Source: Prevotellaceae bacterium
GTDB taxonomy: Bacteria > Bacteroidota > Bacteroidia > Bacteroidales > Bacteroidaceae
Assembly (NCBI GenBank): GCA_029226205.1
Contig: JAQXXT010000007.1
Span: forward strand, 3,921 to 67,920
DNA length: 64,000 nt
Direction: 5' to 3'
The position numbers and the translations under genes were made by a program. The notes under the pieces are model-generated. The model did not search any database. It was not told the origin of the DNA and saw only the letters and a list, made by a program, of their open reading frames with translations. Each line of letters starts with the position of its first letter. The stretch's first letter is position 1. Of the stretch, positions 1 through 9,748 are shown in pieces.

Positions 1-477
1 GATGATCCCCTTCCGCCCAATGAGGAAAAATGGGAAGAAAAGACAGCCTATAACAATTTGATGGGCGACACGGAATGGAAGGAGGGTTTCATGGCAGCCA
101 CGGGCTGCAAGACGGATGAGCAGGTTCTGTATATCATCAATGCCTTCTACACGTACAACAAGGCCATAGGATTCCCTCCCCATAAGGATGTCTATGATTT
201 CAAGAGACATATTCTCAACTGGGCTCTGAAGAAGCCTTTGCAACAGAATAACAACTTGCCGCAAGGCGTAAAACAATCGAACAATGGAATACAAGGACCT
301 TTCAACGAGGACAACTGCCCGGACTTTGGACAGCTTACTAGAGCCCAACGGCTCAACCTCTATAATGCCTCCATGCAAAAATCCCTCCAAGACGGACTCG
401 AAGATCTCGAAGCCCAGAGACGTGGAGAGAAGACCGCAAGAATGCGATACAAGGAATATCTGGACTCGGTTCTCTGA
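1..477 (+). CDS. 5'-truncated hypothetical protein, probably the C-terminus of a phage-type replication initiator
   Basis: Frame open from base 1; DFKRHILNW-type helix followed by a Q/N-rich tail; lies upstream of a helicase-loader-like gene and the primase. Confidence 0.45.
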   Translation, partial: DDPLPPNEEKWEEKTAYNNLMGDTEWKEGFMAATGCKTDEQVLYIINAFYTYNKAIGFPPHKDVYDFKRHILNWALKKPLQQNNNLPQGVKQSNNGIQGPFNEDNCPDFGQLTRAQRLNLYNASMQKSLQDGLEDLEAQRRGEKTARMRYKEYLDSVL

Positions 478-1090
478 CATTTATTCGCCTGCCAACTTAG
501 CCTATTTCACACGTAATGAGGAAAGATGCCTGTTCGGCAAGGCTCCGACTCTGATATCCTTGAAGGATCAGAGTATCGCATCCGACGAGCTGCTTCTTAC
601 ATGGGTGCAGACGTTTGTGGCCAATGTCAACGAGTTCACGTCCGTCAGGCTGAAAATCACGCAGCAGCAATTACGGGAGATCAGCGAAATTTTGTATTAC
701 AATTACGCATATCTCAAGGCTTCCGAGATTATGCTGTTCTTCTCCAAGTTCAAGCGTGGCGACTACGGTAAACTCTACGGCTGCGTCGATCCTTTGGAGA
801 TTACCTCCTCGTTCCGCCAGTTCGTGATGGACCGCAACAACAAAGTCTACGAGCATGAGCGAAAGGAGACTCTGGAAAGGGAGCAGCGACGTGACGCTGC
901 AAAGAAAATCATCAACCCACTGGAGCACCCCGAGCTTTTTCCGAATATCTGCAAGAGTATACGGGAAGGCGGAGGACGGACCATGGAGAAAGGTCCCTCA
1001 TCATTCATCCATAAGCCCAAAATATCCAACACAAAACTTAAACTGGCCGCACAGATAATTGAGTTGGCCAATAAATGCAATCCCAAATGA
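284..1090 (+). CDS. Bacteroidales phage/ICE replication-associated protein (DUF6633-like); start uncertain
   Basis: Motif EIMLFFSKFKRGDYGKLYGCVDPLEIT is typical of this family. Confidence 0.5.
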   Translation: MEYKDLSTRTTARTLDSLLEPNGSTSIMPPCKNPSKTDSKISKPRDVERRPQECDTRNIWTRFSDIYSPANLAYFTRNEERCLFGKAPTLISLKDQSIASDELLLTWVQTFVANVNEFTSVRLKITQQQLREISEILYYNYAYLKASEIMLFFSKFKRGDYGKLYGCVDPLEITSSFRQFVMDRNNKVYEHERKETLEREQRRDAAKKIINPLEHPELFPNICKSIREGGGRTMEKGPSSFIHKPKISNTKLKLAAQIIELANKCNPK

Positions 1091-2121
1091 GCGTTAACTA
1101 CGTAGACAAGATACTTGACCGGACAAACAGGGGACTCGACGTATTTGTCCATTACCTCGGTGATGACTGCATGAAGAAGATCTTCCGCAATCCCTACAGG
1201 GAGGACGCCCGTCCGTCCTGCCATCTGTATGTCCATCGTGGCAGCAGCGGTGACCACTACTGGCTGCAGGACTTCGGGGACAGCTCATGGAGCGGTGACT
1301 GCTTCGACTTTGTTGCCCGTCTTGCAGGTATTAATGCCAAGACGGACTTCCGCAAGGTACTGGAGACCATTGACCGTGACCTCCGCCTCGGACTCATGGA
1401 CGGAGGCGACGACGAGACGGCATTGGGAGCGCCCAGACGGTACGATGTCCGAAAGATGGTCCGTGTCAGCAGACCGGTAATCATGTTCGTCCCCGTATTC
1501 AAGGACTTCACTCCCGCAGAGTTGAACTACTGGAGAACCTATGGCATAAGGAAGGACACGCTGGACCGCTTCCACGTACGCAGCCTGGCAAGATGTGACT
1601 TCGTACGTGACGACCGCTCACGCTACAGCGTCATTTCCTCCGTGTACACGCCGACCTTCGGCTACATGTTCGGCGACAAGGGCATCAAGATATACCGCCC
1701 GAGAAACAAGACCCGTTTTCTCTACGGCGGACAGCTCCCCAAGCCGTACATCTTCGGACTGGGTCAGCTCCCGCAAACAGGATCGAGAGTCTTCATTACC
1801 GGCGGGGAGAAGGATGTCATGACGCTTTCCGCCCATGGCTTCCCCGCAATAGCCTTCAACAGCGAGACGGCGGCAATCCCCGAGGATATAATCTTGGACC
1901 TCGCTTACCGCTTTGACCGTATTATCCTGCTCTACGACAGCGACGAGACGGGGATACGGGAGTCCGAGAAGGTTGCCAAGGAATACGGGGACCGATATCC
2001 GGTCAGAAGGCTTCAGCTTCCCTTGCCCGGGACAAAGCAAAGCAAGGACATCAGTGACTTTTTCAAGGAGGGGCATACCGGTTCCGAGCTGCTTCATCTG
2101 CTAAAGACGCAGGAAATGTAA
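1075..2121 (+). CDS. Toprim-domain DNA primase
   Basis: N-terminal NPYREDARPSC...DFGD..GDCFDFV zinc-binding-like domain; TOPRIM motifs ITGGEKD and YDSDETG; C-terminal KDISD. Confidence 0.85.
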   Translation: MQSQMSVNYVDKILDRTNRGLDVFVHYLGDDCMKKIFRNPYREDARPSCHLYVHRGSSGDHYWLQDFGDSSWSGDCFDFVARLAGINAKTDFRKVLETIDRDLRLGLMDGGDDETALGAPRRYDVRKMVRVSRPVIMFVPVFKDFTPAELNYWRTYGIRKDTLDRFHVRSLARCDFVRDDRSRYSVISSVYTPTFGYMFGDKGIKIYRPRNKTRFLYGGQLPKPYIFGLGQLPQTGSRVFITGGEKDVMTLSAHGFPAIAFNSETAAIPEDIILDLAYRFDRIILLYDSDETGIRESEKVAKEYGDRYPVRRLQLPLPGTKQSKDISDFFKEGHTGSELLHLLKTQEM

Positions 2122-2138
2122 CACCAAAAAGAACGAAC

Positions 2139-2759
2139 ATGATACAGAACACCAACGAAAAAACATGGACCCGCCGCTTCTCTGGTGACGTCCATATCTG
2201 CGCCCTAGGCCGAAGGGACCTCCGGCGGCTCCGCAAGGAGGGGCTTTGCTACAAGTCCGTCCCGGCCTGTCTTCTGAGGATATACGTCAATCACCTCGGG
2301 GAAATGCGCACGGGAATCGGCATCGTCAACCACCGTGGGGGATACGAGTTCTATCAGCGGGGCGCCGCAAGGCCCGTGACGCTGTACAAGGATGATATCC
2401 TCTTCTTCCCGTTCAGGGAGGGTAGCCGTTCCTCATGCTGCTGCGTCTTCGCAGACTTTCTTGACTACCTTGCCTACAAGGCCTGTCTGGACGCAGGAGA
2501 GAAGTTCACCGAGGACTGTGACTGCATCATAGTCAATGCGCCGAGGAATTTCCGCAAGGCCATGGTATGGAGCGACGTCTACAGTGATATTCACCTGTTC
2601 TTTCCCAACAACCAGTACGGACGGACAATGACAAAGACCATGGTGGCACGCAACCCACGCCACGCAAGGGACTATTCGCTCCGTTACAGAGGATACGGGA
2701 GTTTTCGTGAACTGGCAGGCGAGCTGCTTGCCGCAAAGAGGGAGGAGGACCGCCTGTGA
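2139..2759 (+). CDS. Degenerate toprim-like (TraP-like) protein
   Basis: GIVNHRGGYEF, CVFADFLDYLAY and HLFFPNNQYG resemble Bacteroides TraP primase with acidic residues lost. Confidence 0.6.
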   Translation: MIQNTNEKTWTRRFSGDVHICALGRRDLRRLRKEGLCYKSVPACLLRIYVNHLGEMRTGIGIVNHRGGYEFYQRGAARPVTLYKDDILFFPFREGSRSSCCCVFADFLDYLAYKACLDAGEKFTEDCDCIIVNAPRNFRKAMVWSDVYSDIHLFFPNNQYGRTMTKTMVARNPRHARDYSLRYRGYGSFRELAGELLAAKREEDRL

Positions 2760-2863
2760 GTGAATTCATCATCGTCCTTGCCGTGGTCGTCGTAGTCTTG
2801 CTGATCGCTTTTGTCTACGAGATCAAAGGAACATACCGGGATAAGGATTTATGGAAGAAATAG
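2756..2863 (+). CDS. 35-aa single-pass membrane peptide
   Basis: GTG start overlaps the upstream stop (GTGA); MSEFIIVLAVVVVVLLIAFVYEIKGTYRDKDLWKK. Confidence 0.5.
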   Translation: MSEFIIVLAVVVVVLLIAFVYEIKGTYRDKDLWKK

Positions 2864-2963
2864 CCGAGAAGGCTCGAAATTTGCGTTCTGAGACGTTTTT
2901 AGGCGTTGAACGTATAATTTATAGCCTCGGGCTAAAATAAACGATTCTAGAGCAAATATTCAA

Positions 2964-3533
2964 ATGAACGACGTTTTAATCATAGAAAAAGGGATCAATG
3001 ACCTTCCCGAGTCGCCTGAGAGATGGGTCGGTGAGCACTATGGGAGCCTGAAAGAAAGGATTGACAGGGAGACCTTAGCGGCGACCGGCTACGCACCCTT
3101 GAAGCATGCCAAGTTCATCCGTGTAATCACCTTCAAGGTCAAACTGTCAACCCATATCGACGCTATCCGCCGCATGATGGAGATAGTCCATAAGCGGTTC
3201 GGCATCGCCTGCTATCAGGCGGCTATCTACCGGCAGGACTCCACGGCCCGCCTGCTTTGCTCATGGTGGGACGAGAATACCAAGAGGGGAATAGCGCTCA
3301 GTTACTCTGACCAGACAAAGCTCGCAGTAACGATTCTCCGTCAGCTCCACCTTCCCCGTCCACGATCAACGGACGGATGGGTGAGGTACTTCCTCCGGGA
3401 AGCCTACGAGGAGAATCCCGACGTATTCAAGGAAGCCTTGGACTGGGTGGCAAGCTGCTCGCCGGGCAGTACGGACTTCGAGGTTATCCATGATGCCCTG
3501 CAACTGGCCTTGGATATCTGTAAGGAAAACTAA
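2964..3533 (+). CDS. Relaxase-like (Bacteroides MobA-type) protein with degenerate HUH motif
   Basis: KRFGIACYQAAIYR..STARLLCSWWD parallels the RFGI..xQIxIHRDE...HAHxxFDW pattern. Confidence 0.45.
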   Translation: MNDVLIIEKGINDLPESPERWVGEHYGSLKERIDRETLAATGYAPLKHAKFIRVITFKVKLSTHIDAIRRMMEIVHKRFGIACYQAAIYRQDSTARLLCSWWDENTKRGIALSYSDQTKLAVTILRQLHLPRPRSTDGWVRYFLREAYEENPDVFKEALDWVASCSPGSTDFEVIHDALQLALDICKEN

Positions 3534-3589
3534 AGCAAAGTAAAACAAATGTATATGTATAGACATATAAAATAAGTTAAACTTACTCC

Positions 3590-3630
3590 GATAATTTGTG
3601 TATGTAAATACATTTACTTAACTTTGCAAT
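3590..3630 (+). promoter_or_regulatory. Bacteroidetes sigma-A promoter of the par operon, with putative operator TATGTAAATAC
   Basis: TTTG (-33) and TAACTTTG (-7); the operator-like 11-mer recurs at 17768 and 24085. Confidence 0.65.
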
Positions 3631-3651
3631 AGAAACAGAAAAATGTAGTAT

Positions 3652-3954
3652 ATGAAAAAATCCGATATACTTGAAGCCGCAAGGCAGGGTGCCCGGGTGT
3701 TGGCAATAAATGTCTATCACCCTTTCTTCAACAGGAAGATCAATTCCGTATTTGTATATGGAGAAGTATGGTGCTCGGAGAAGCCTAGGAAGAGAAAAGG
3801 TGACGAGGTTGTTCCATGCGGGCCTTGGCTCCGTACAAACGTCTCACGTCTTTCTAGGGAGCTTGACTCCAACAGAGGAGAGAAGGTCACCGTGCAATTT
3901 GAAGACACGGATAAGGAAGTACCGGTAGAGTACGACACCAAAAATATAGATTGA
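3652..3954 (+). CDS. Hypothetical protein
   Basis: First ORF after the promoter. Confidence 0.6.
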   Translation: MKKSDILEAARQGARVLAINVYHPFFNRKINSVFVYGEVWCSEKPRKRKGDEVVPCGPWLRTNVSRLSRELDSNRGEKVTVQFEDTDKEVPVEYDTKNID

Positions 3955-3977
3955 AAATTATAAAAAAAAGAAAAGAT

Positions 3978-4757
3978 ATGAAGAAGAAAAATTATGTAAT
4001 CGCTTTTGCCAACCACAAGGGAGGCGTAGGAAAGACAACGACAACGGCAAGCGTGGGGACAGTGCTCTCCCAGATGGGATACAAGGTCCTGCTCGTGGAC
4101 CTCGACGCTCAGGCCAACCTTACGGGATCACTGGTCGCTAACCCTACAGCCGTCACATCGAACATCGCCGCTTCCATGCGCAACCAGTCGCTCGGCCTGC
4201 CCCTTTATCCCGTCAACAAAACGCTCGACCTTGTGCCGTCGGGTCTTGACCTTGCCAGTATGGATATCGAACTGGCATCCGCAATGGCACGGGAGCATAT
4301 CCTTAGAAAGCTCCTTACGCCGGTCCGTGACAACTACGACTTCATCCTCCTTGACTGTCCTCCGCATTTGGGGATGATGACACTCAACGCCCTCACCGCC
4401 GCCGACTATGTCATTGTCCCGCTGATCTCGGAAGTGCTTCCTTTTAACGGTCTGACGATGATGCTCAATTTCATCGACATGGTGCGTGAGAACCTTAACC
4501 CCTCGCTGACGATTCTTGGTATCCTGCTGACACGCTACGAGAAGACCAAGCTCAGTACGCAGATTGAGCAGGGCCTGCGCCAGCGGATGGGAAATCTTGT
4601 CTTCGACGAGCGTATCAGAAAGAATGTCACCGTCGCACAGGCGCCTCTGGAGGCCGAGAACATCGTCAACTATGACCCAAAGAGCAACGGCGCAAAGGAT
4701 TACCGCACGTTCACCGAGGCAATGGTCAACCGATTAAAGAATCTTGAAAAGGAATAA
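3978..4757 (+). CDS. parA: ParA/Soj family partition ATPase
   Basis: Deviant Walker A KGGVGKTTT, DLDAQANLT and DCPP motifs. Confidence 0.95.
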   Translation: MKKKNYVIAFANHKGGVGKTTTTASVGTVLSQMGYKVLLVDLDAQANLTGSLVANPTAVTSNIAASMRNQSLGLPLYPVNKTLDLVPSGLDLASMDIELASAMAREHILRKLLTPVRDNYDFILLDCPPHLGMMTLNALTAADYVIVPLISEVLPFNGLTMMLNFIDMVRENLNPSLTILGILLTRYEKTKLSTQIEQGLRQRMGNLVFDERIRKNVTVAQAPLEAENIVNYDPKSNGAKDYRTFTEAMVNRLKNLEKE

Positions 4758-4762
4758 GGCTT

Positions 4763-5155
4763 ATGTCAAAGGAAATCAAATCAAGCTCCATGGACCGTCT
4801 TTTCGGCCATCTTACCTCTACGGGCACGGAGCCCGTACAAGTGGAGGCAGCCATGACGGAAAGGGACGAGCAGCAAGCCGGTGACGCTCAAGAGAATACT
4901 GCCCCATCTGCGGCTACCGACGGAGAGAAGAAAAACCAGAAGCGCCGCAAAAGCTCCACGGAAAGACTTTGTACCTATATTGACTATGAAGTCATGGGAA
5001 AGATACGAAGTATTTCCGAAATCGAGAACGTATCCCTCAAGGATATCATAAACTACTCCCTCAAGATGTCCATCGCCAACTACGAGACTTACCATGGCAA
5101 GCTCCGTGTAAGACGACAGAAGAAGGGAGACATCGACAATGTCTTTCACAAATAA
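4763..5155 (+). CDS. ParG-like (ribbon-helix-helix) partner of ParA
   Basis: Disordered N-terminus, then ERLCTYID..VMGKIRSIS...SLKDIINYSL; directly follows parA. Confidence 0.65.
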   Translation: MSKEIKSSSMDRLFGHLTSTGTEPVQVEAAMTERDEQQAGDAQENTAPSAATDGEKKNQKRRKSSTERLCTYIDYEVMGKIRSISEIENVSLKDIINYSLKMSIANYETYHGKLRVRRQKKGDIDNVFHK

Positions 5156-5156
5156 G

Positions 5157-5291
5157 ATGTTGCCGGAGTTCGTAAAAAAGAAAGCCGCCTACCTTTCCGA
5201 TCATTTCGGTGACCCGGAGTGCAGGCGGCAGCTCAAGGACCTCATTCACGAGGTAATACAAAAGGAAAGGAAACAGCAAAGACAGAAATAA
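5157..5291 (+). CDS. 44-aa hypothetical protein
   Basis: MLPEFVKKKAAYLSDHF...; exactly fills the gap between neighbouring genes. Confidence 0.45.
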   Translation: MLPEFVKKKAAYLSDHFGDPECRRQLKDLIHEVIQKERKQQRQK

Positions 5292-5293
5292 CT

Positions 5294-5593
5294 ATGTTGA
5301 ATATTAGGAGTATAACGGTAATAGCGGAGCCCCGGAGGGCTAACATGCGCTTCATAGCTGAGAACCCTGATGACTTCACAAAGGCTTGGGCGAAGTTCTC
5401 TGCCATTGTCAAGGAATATTTAGGACGTGACGCCAAGCAGCCAAAGGATTTTTCGAAGGTTCCCGTGGCGACACAGCTTACCTTCGACTATGGGACAGAC
5501 GGAGACAACGTGTCCGTTGTTAACTGGGACCATTTCAAGACAGTCCTTGACAGTTTTTCGTCAGTTCTAAGGAAAGAGGAGGTCGCCAAATGA
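5294..5593 (+). CDS. Hypothetical protein
   Basis: ATG at 5294; stop overlaps the topB start. Confidence 0.6.
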   Translation: MLNIRSITVIAEPRRANMRFIAENPDDFTKAWAKFSAIVKEYLGRDAKQPKDFSKVPVATQLTFDYGTDGDNVSVVNWDHFKTVLDSFSSVLRKEEVAK

Positions 5594-7551
5594 TCGTATG
5601 TATTGCAGAAAAGCCCAGTGTGGCAGCCAGTATTGCCAAGGTGCTCGGCGCCTCGACACGGAAGAACGGATACTTCGAGGGACACGGATATCAGGTCACA
5701 TGGGCCTTCGGCCACCTCTGCGGCATCAAGGAACCCAAGGAGCAGAATCCCGCATGGGGCCCGTGGCAGCTTTCGCTGTTGCCGATGATACCCAAGCAAT
5801 ATAAGATCGGCGTATACCCCGAGAAGAGCATCCGTACCCAGTTCGGCATTATCAAGAAGCTCTATCACGACGCCTCGGAGATTGTCAACTGCGGTGACGC
5901 CGGACAGGAGGGTGAGGTTATCCAACGGTATATCATGGAACTTGCGGGCGTGCGCTGTCCCGTGAAGCGTTTGTGGATATCTTCCCTGACAGAAGAGTCC
6001 ATCCGTGAGGGATTTGCCCATCTTCATGAGCAGAGCGAGTATGACAGCCTTTATGAGGCAGGTCTGGCACGCTCCCGTGGTGACTGGCTTCTGGGAATGA
6101 ACTGCACAAGACTCTATACCTGCAAGTTCGGAGGTGGCTCGGTTCTGAGCATAGGACGGGTACAGACACCGACACTGGCGATGATCGTGTCCCGTGACCG
6201 TGAGATCAGCGATTTCAAGCCTTCTCCCTACTGGACCCTGCAAACGGTCTTCAAGGGAGCGACTTTCACCTCGGACCACGGGCGTATCACGGATAAGAGG
6301 AAGGCGCAGGAGCTGCTTGAGTCCGTAAAGGGGACGACGTTCGCCATTACCCATGTGGAGCAGAAGAAGGGACAGGAGCTGCCGCCGCAGCTTTATGACC
6401 TTACGGCCCTGCAGGTGGACTGCAACAAGAAGTTCGGCTTCTCCGCCGACACGACGCTGAAGACCTTGCAGAGTCTCTATGAGAAGAAGCTCACCACTTA
6501 CCCAAGAGTCGATACCCGTTATCTGACTCATGACATCTACGACAAATGTCCGGGAATACTGAGGACTCTCACTGATATCACCCCCCTAGTGACGGAGCTA
6601 GCCCCAAGGCCGCTAACTAAGAGCCCCAGAGTCTTCAATGACAACAAGGTTACCGACCACCACGCCCTTATGCCGACAGGCGAGAAGGCCGGCACTCTGA
6701 CGGAGTTTGAGCGCAAGGTCTATGCCCTTGTCTGCAAACGCTTCATCAGCGTCTTCATGCCTCCCTGCGTGTACGCACAGACCGTGGTCCAAGGAACGGC
6801 GGGGAATGAGAAGTTCAAGGTTACCGGCAAGACTATCCTAGATGCGGGATGGAAGAAGCTCCTCGGAGCCGATGCGGACGATGACGGTGAGAAAAACAAG
6901 ACACTGCCGGTCTTTCACGAGGGCGAGGAAGGTTCTCATACACCGTCTCTCCTTCGGAAGATGACAACGCCGCCGAAACCGTATACGGAAGCCTCGCTTC
7001 TTCAAGCGATGGAGACAGCCGGCAAGTTTGTCGAGGACGAGGCACTGAGAGACGCCCTGAAGGAGAATGGCATCGGACGCCCCGCAACCCGTGCCGCCAT
7101 CATCGAGACACTGCTTAAACGGAAATACATTGTCCGTGACCGGAAGAACCTCGTGTCAACCGCTACGGGGCGGCAACTGATAGACACTATTAAGGACAAA
7201 ATGCTTATCTCTCCGGAGACGACGGGACAGTGGGAGCGGAAGCTGCGGATGATTGAGAAGAAGCAGTTCACTCTCTCCCGGTTCATGGAAGAGCTAGGAG
7301 AGCAGGTAACGAGAATCTGTGCGGAGGTTAAGGGGGACACGACGGGAACCACTATCGGCGCCGCCTCCGTTAACAAGAATGCCGTCCCTGACGAAAGGAT
7401 GATGACGCCGTACAGAAGAAGCCTCCCCGGCGCAAAACTGCTCAATACGACATGTCCCGTATGTGGAATCGGGACTGTCAAAAGAGGAAGGTACAGTTAC
7501 TTCTGCACGAATCATAATAACGGATGTAATTTCAAGAAACCATTAGATTAA
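5590..7551 (+). CDS. topB: DNA topoisomerase III (type IA)
   Basis: AEKPSVA, DAGQEGE, SIGRVQTPTL, catalytic TTYPRVD, GIGRPATRA; C-terminal zinc ribbon. Confidence 0.95.
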   Translation: MIVCIAEKPSVAASIAKVLGASTRKNGYFEGHGYQVTWAFGHLCGIKEPKEQNPAWGPWQLSLLPMIPKQYKIGVYPEKSIRTQFGIIKKLYHDASEIVNCGDAGQEGEVIQRYIMELAGVRCPVKRLWISSLTEESIREGFAHLHEQSEYDSLYEAGLARSRGDWLLGMNCTRLYTCKFGGGSVLSIGRVQTPTLAMIVSRDREISDFKPSPYWTLQTVFKGATFTSDHGRITDKRKAQELLESVKGTTFAITHVEQKKGQELPPQLYDLTALQVDCNKKFGFSADTTLKTLQSLYEKKLTTYPRVDTRYLTHDIYDKCPGILRTLTDITPLVTELAPRPLTKSPRVFNDNKVTDHHALMPTGEKAGTLTEFERKVYALVCKRFISVFMPPCVYAQTVVQGTAGNEKFKVTGKTILDAGWKKLLGADADDDGEKNKTLPVFHEGEEGSHTPSLLRKMTTPPKPYTEASLLQAMETAGKFVEDEALRDALKENGIGRPATRAAIIETLLKRKYIVRDRKNLVSTATGRQLIDTIKDKMLISPETTGQWERKLRMIEKKQFTLSRFMEELGEQVTRICAEVKGDTTGTTIGAASVNKNAVPDERMMTPYRRSLPGAKLLNTTCPVCGIGTVKRGRYSYFCTNHNNGCNFKKPLD

Positions 7552-7558
7552 GAATAAT

Positions 7559-7873
7559 ATGGAAAAAGGAATCAAGATTATCATTGCGTTGATGGCAGCC
7601 AACCTACTCTGTCTGTTGGTTGTCATGTTCGGTGGAGTCATAGGCCGCAAGGGTGGCCCGAATTACTCCACTGAGGAGATATCGGGACATCGGTATATCG
7701 TCGTTGACGGAGGCCGGTGCATCGTTCACGACGCCGCTTGCGAGGACAGCGACCTCGTTCGTGACCTTACGAAGAAATACGAGCCGACAGACTCTGACAA
7801 AGTACTTATCAGGGCTCTTGTCAGAGGAAACCATCCGACGTATTCTTATAAGGCACTGGACACAATCAAGTAA
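7559..7873 (+). CDS. Membrane-anchored hypothetical protein
   Basis: N-terminal hydrophobic helix. Confidence 0.6.
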   Translation: MEKGIKIIIALMAANLLCLLVVMFGGVIGRKGGPNYSTEEISGHRYIVVDGGRCIVHDAACEDSDLVRDLTKKYEPTDSDKVLIRALVRGNHPTYSYKALDTIK

Positions 7874-7886
7874 TAAAAAATAAGAT

Positions 7887-7982
7887 ACGCTTTAACGTTA
7901 AGATATTATGATGTCTAACTGCTATAACGCTATGATGTTATGACGCTTTGATGTCAATATGTCTTGATGTTAAGACGTTAAA
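7887..7982. repeat. Phased array of 12 degenerate 8-bp units (consensus AYGYYWWR)
   Basis: acgcttta acgttaag atattatg atgtctaa ctgctata acgctatg atgttatg acgctttg atgtcaat atgtcttg atgttaag acgttaaa. Confidence 0.8.
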
Positions 7983-7993
7983 AATACGAAGCT

Positions 7994-8404
7994 ATGGATA
8001 AGAACAAAATGACAGCGCTTATAAAGAAGAAAGATGAGCTGAAGGATGAGATCCTAAATGAGATCCGTCAGTGTGTCAGCGAGCATGCCGCCGACACCGA
8101 ATTGGGCAAACAGTTGGACGTCTCTGATATCCTCACCCGTAACTACAGCGTCGTTAAGGAAGTAGGTCATGATACGGCCTTTTTTGACGGGAAGATCAGA
8201 ATGATTTCTCCCAGTGGCGAGTTCCTGCTAGACAAGGGATATGATGGCGATGACTGGTACTGGCAGGAGGAGTCCAAGCATGAGTCCACGGATAACTGGT
8301 ACGCAAACTCTGAGACATGCCGGTTGGATGGTCTTCTGATAGAGGATTTGTATGACATTTTATATGATCTTTATAAGCATTATGAAGGTAAGCAAATTGA
8401 TTAA
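7994..8404 (+). CDS. Acidic hypothetical protein
   Basis: ORF track; first gene of the small-gene cluster. Confidence 0.7.
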   Translation: MDKNKMTALIKKKDELKDEILNEIRQCVSEHAADTELGKQLDVSDILTRNYSVVKEVGHDTAFFDGKIRMISPSGEFLLDKGYDGDDWYWQEESKHESTDNWYANSETCRLDGLLIEDLYDILYDLYKHYEGKQID

Positions 8405-8606
8405 ACTCCTTCAACTGGAGATGGAGACGGAGGGTGACTTGGAGGTTGTCATCGAAAGCTCAGACAGCACCCAGTTTGGAGAACGGATGAAAGTCCTTCA
8501 AAGTGTCAAGGGCGTTTGGACCGGTTCCATGCGCCGTGATGAAAAGAGTTATGACACCCACGACGATAAGAAACCCGTCATTCGTTTAACAAGTAAGGAA
8601 AACTAA
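8382..8606 (+). CDS. Phage-like hypothetical protein
   Basis: MKVSKLIKLLQ...GDLEVVI N-terminus is common in phage small proteins. Confidence 0.6.
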   Translation: MKVSKLIKLLQLEMETEGDLEVVIESSDSTQFGERMKVLQSVKGVWTGSMRRDEKSYDTHDDKKPVIRLTSKEN

Positions 8607-8615
8607 AGAAAAACT

Positions 8616-8879
8616 ATGATAATTCTGAGTTGGGATAATTATCGTAAGAAGCATGTAGGAAGGAGAGTGAATGTGCAGCTCTATATGTATACTCACGAAT
8701 TCAAGAAAATCCGTGAGATGGACATCTCCGAAGACGACAGAAAGCCGAGAGAGATCGTTGATGAGTTTCTGCGTAATTTGGAGAGTCGGTCCGAATTGCC
8801 AGAATTCGGCATACTGGTGTTCCATTCCTATAGAGGTCTTACACCTGGATGGAAGAATCTCGACATTTACGTAAAGTAA
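8616..8879 (+). CDS. Hypothetical protein
   Basis: Operon-packed ORF. Confidence 0.6.
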   Translation: MIILSWDNYRKKHVGRRVNVQLYMYTHEFKKIREMDISEDDRKPREIVDEFLRNLESRSELPEFGILVFHSYRGLTPGWKNLDIYVK

Positions 8880-8885
8880 GTAAGC

Positions 8886-9245
8886 ATGAATAAGAAAAAA
8901 GCCATACAGTGGTTGTTCAGCGACCACACGGGAATAAGCTCCAAAACAATGTGCGCAGCCCTGCTCGGAGTCGAATACGAGGACAATGATGTTCCAAAAG
9001 ACACCGCTGACTTCAAACGTTGCTATGACTTCGCATTGGAATGCGAGCTTAGTCTCCATGATCTGATAATAATTCTGAAAAAATATCCGTACTGGGAGCC
9101 TATCATCAGAAATTGGGGACTGCTGACTGGGGATCTCGCCGTTGGACACGGTGTCAGTGACAGACTTGACAGCTTCCGGGATGAAATCATCGAGCTGAAA
9201 GGCTATATGAGAACTGGCAATGGACATTGGATAAAAAACAATTGA
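8886..9245 (+). CDS. Phage-like hypothetical protein
   Basis: W...TGISSKTM...P.D.ADF.RC motif seen in phage proteins. Confidence 0.65.
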   Translation: MNKKKAIQWLFSDHTGISSKTMCAALLGVEYEDNDVPKDTADFKRCYDFALECELSLHDLIIILKKYPYWEPIIRNWGLLTGDLAVGHGVSDRLDSFRDEIIELKGYMRTGNGHWIKNN

Positions 9246-9248
9246 ACT

Positions 9249-9500
9249 ATGGAAAAGAGTAAGAAACAACTGTGGCACCCAATGACAGAAGTGCCGCCAA
9301 GCGGATGTATTGTGTATGATGCTCATACAAACCGCTTCTATGACACGTCGGTTTGGATAGGTAAACAGATTGGTGACCAGTATTGTCTTGACATTAATGG
9401 TCTTTATGTGTCGGCAAAGTATTTCACATGTTGGATCGACCGACGAACCTTCTTCAAAGAGACAGGCTTATCGGAATATTTGGATAAGACTCAAGAGTAA
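9249..9500 (+). CDS. Hypothetical protein
   Basis: WHPMTEVPP N-terminus. Confidence 0.6.
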   Translation: MEKSKKQLWHPMTEVPPSGCIVYDAHTNRFYDTSVWIGKQIGDQYCLDINGLYVSAKYFTCWIDRRTFFKETGLSEYLDKTQE

Positions 9501-9732
9501 TGGCAATAGAAGAGGGTAAAGACATTATGGCGGCCCACACCATGGAACTTCGCAAAATTCTAAAAGAGCTTTATACATTGAAGTCAGATGGAATTTTCGA
9601 GTTTGATGACAAGTATGGCCGGATTATTTTTCTGCCGAAGAAATAATAATCAAGGGCTGCATGGAAACATACATACAGCCCCATAACTCCTTCAACATCA
9701 TGGTTGACGAGCAATCATACTTGCAAAAGTAA
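9500..9732 (+). pseudogene. Frameshifted small gene
   Basis: MAIEEGKDIM...DKYG continues as DYFSAEEIIIKG...YLQK in another frame near 9618. Confidence 0.4.
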
Positions 9733-9748
9733 TAAAAATGTTTGGAAT

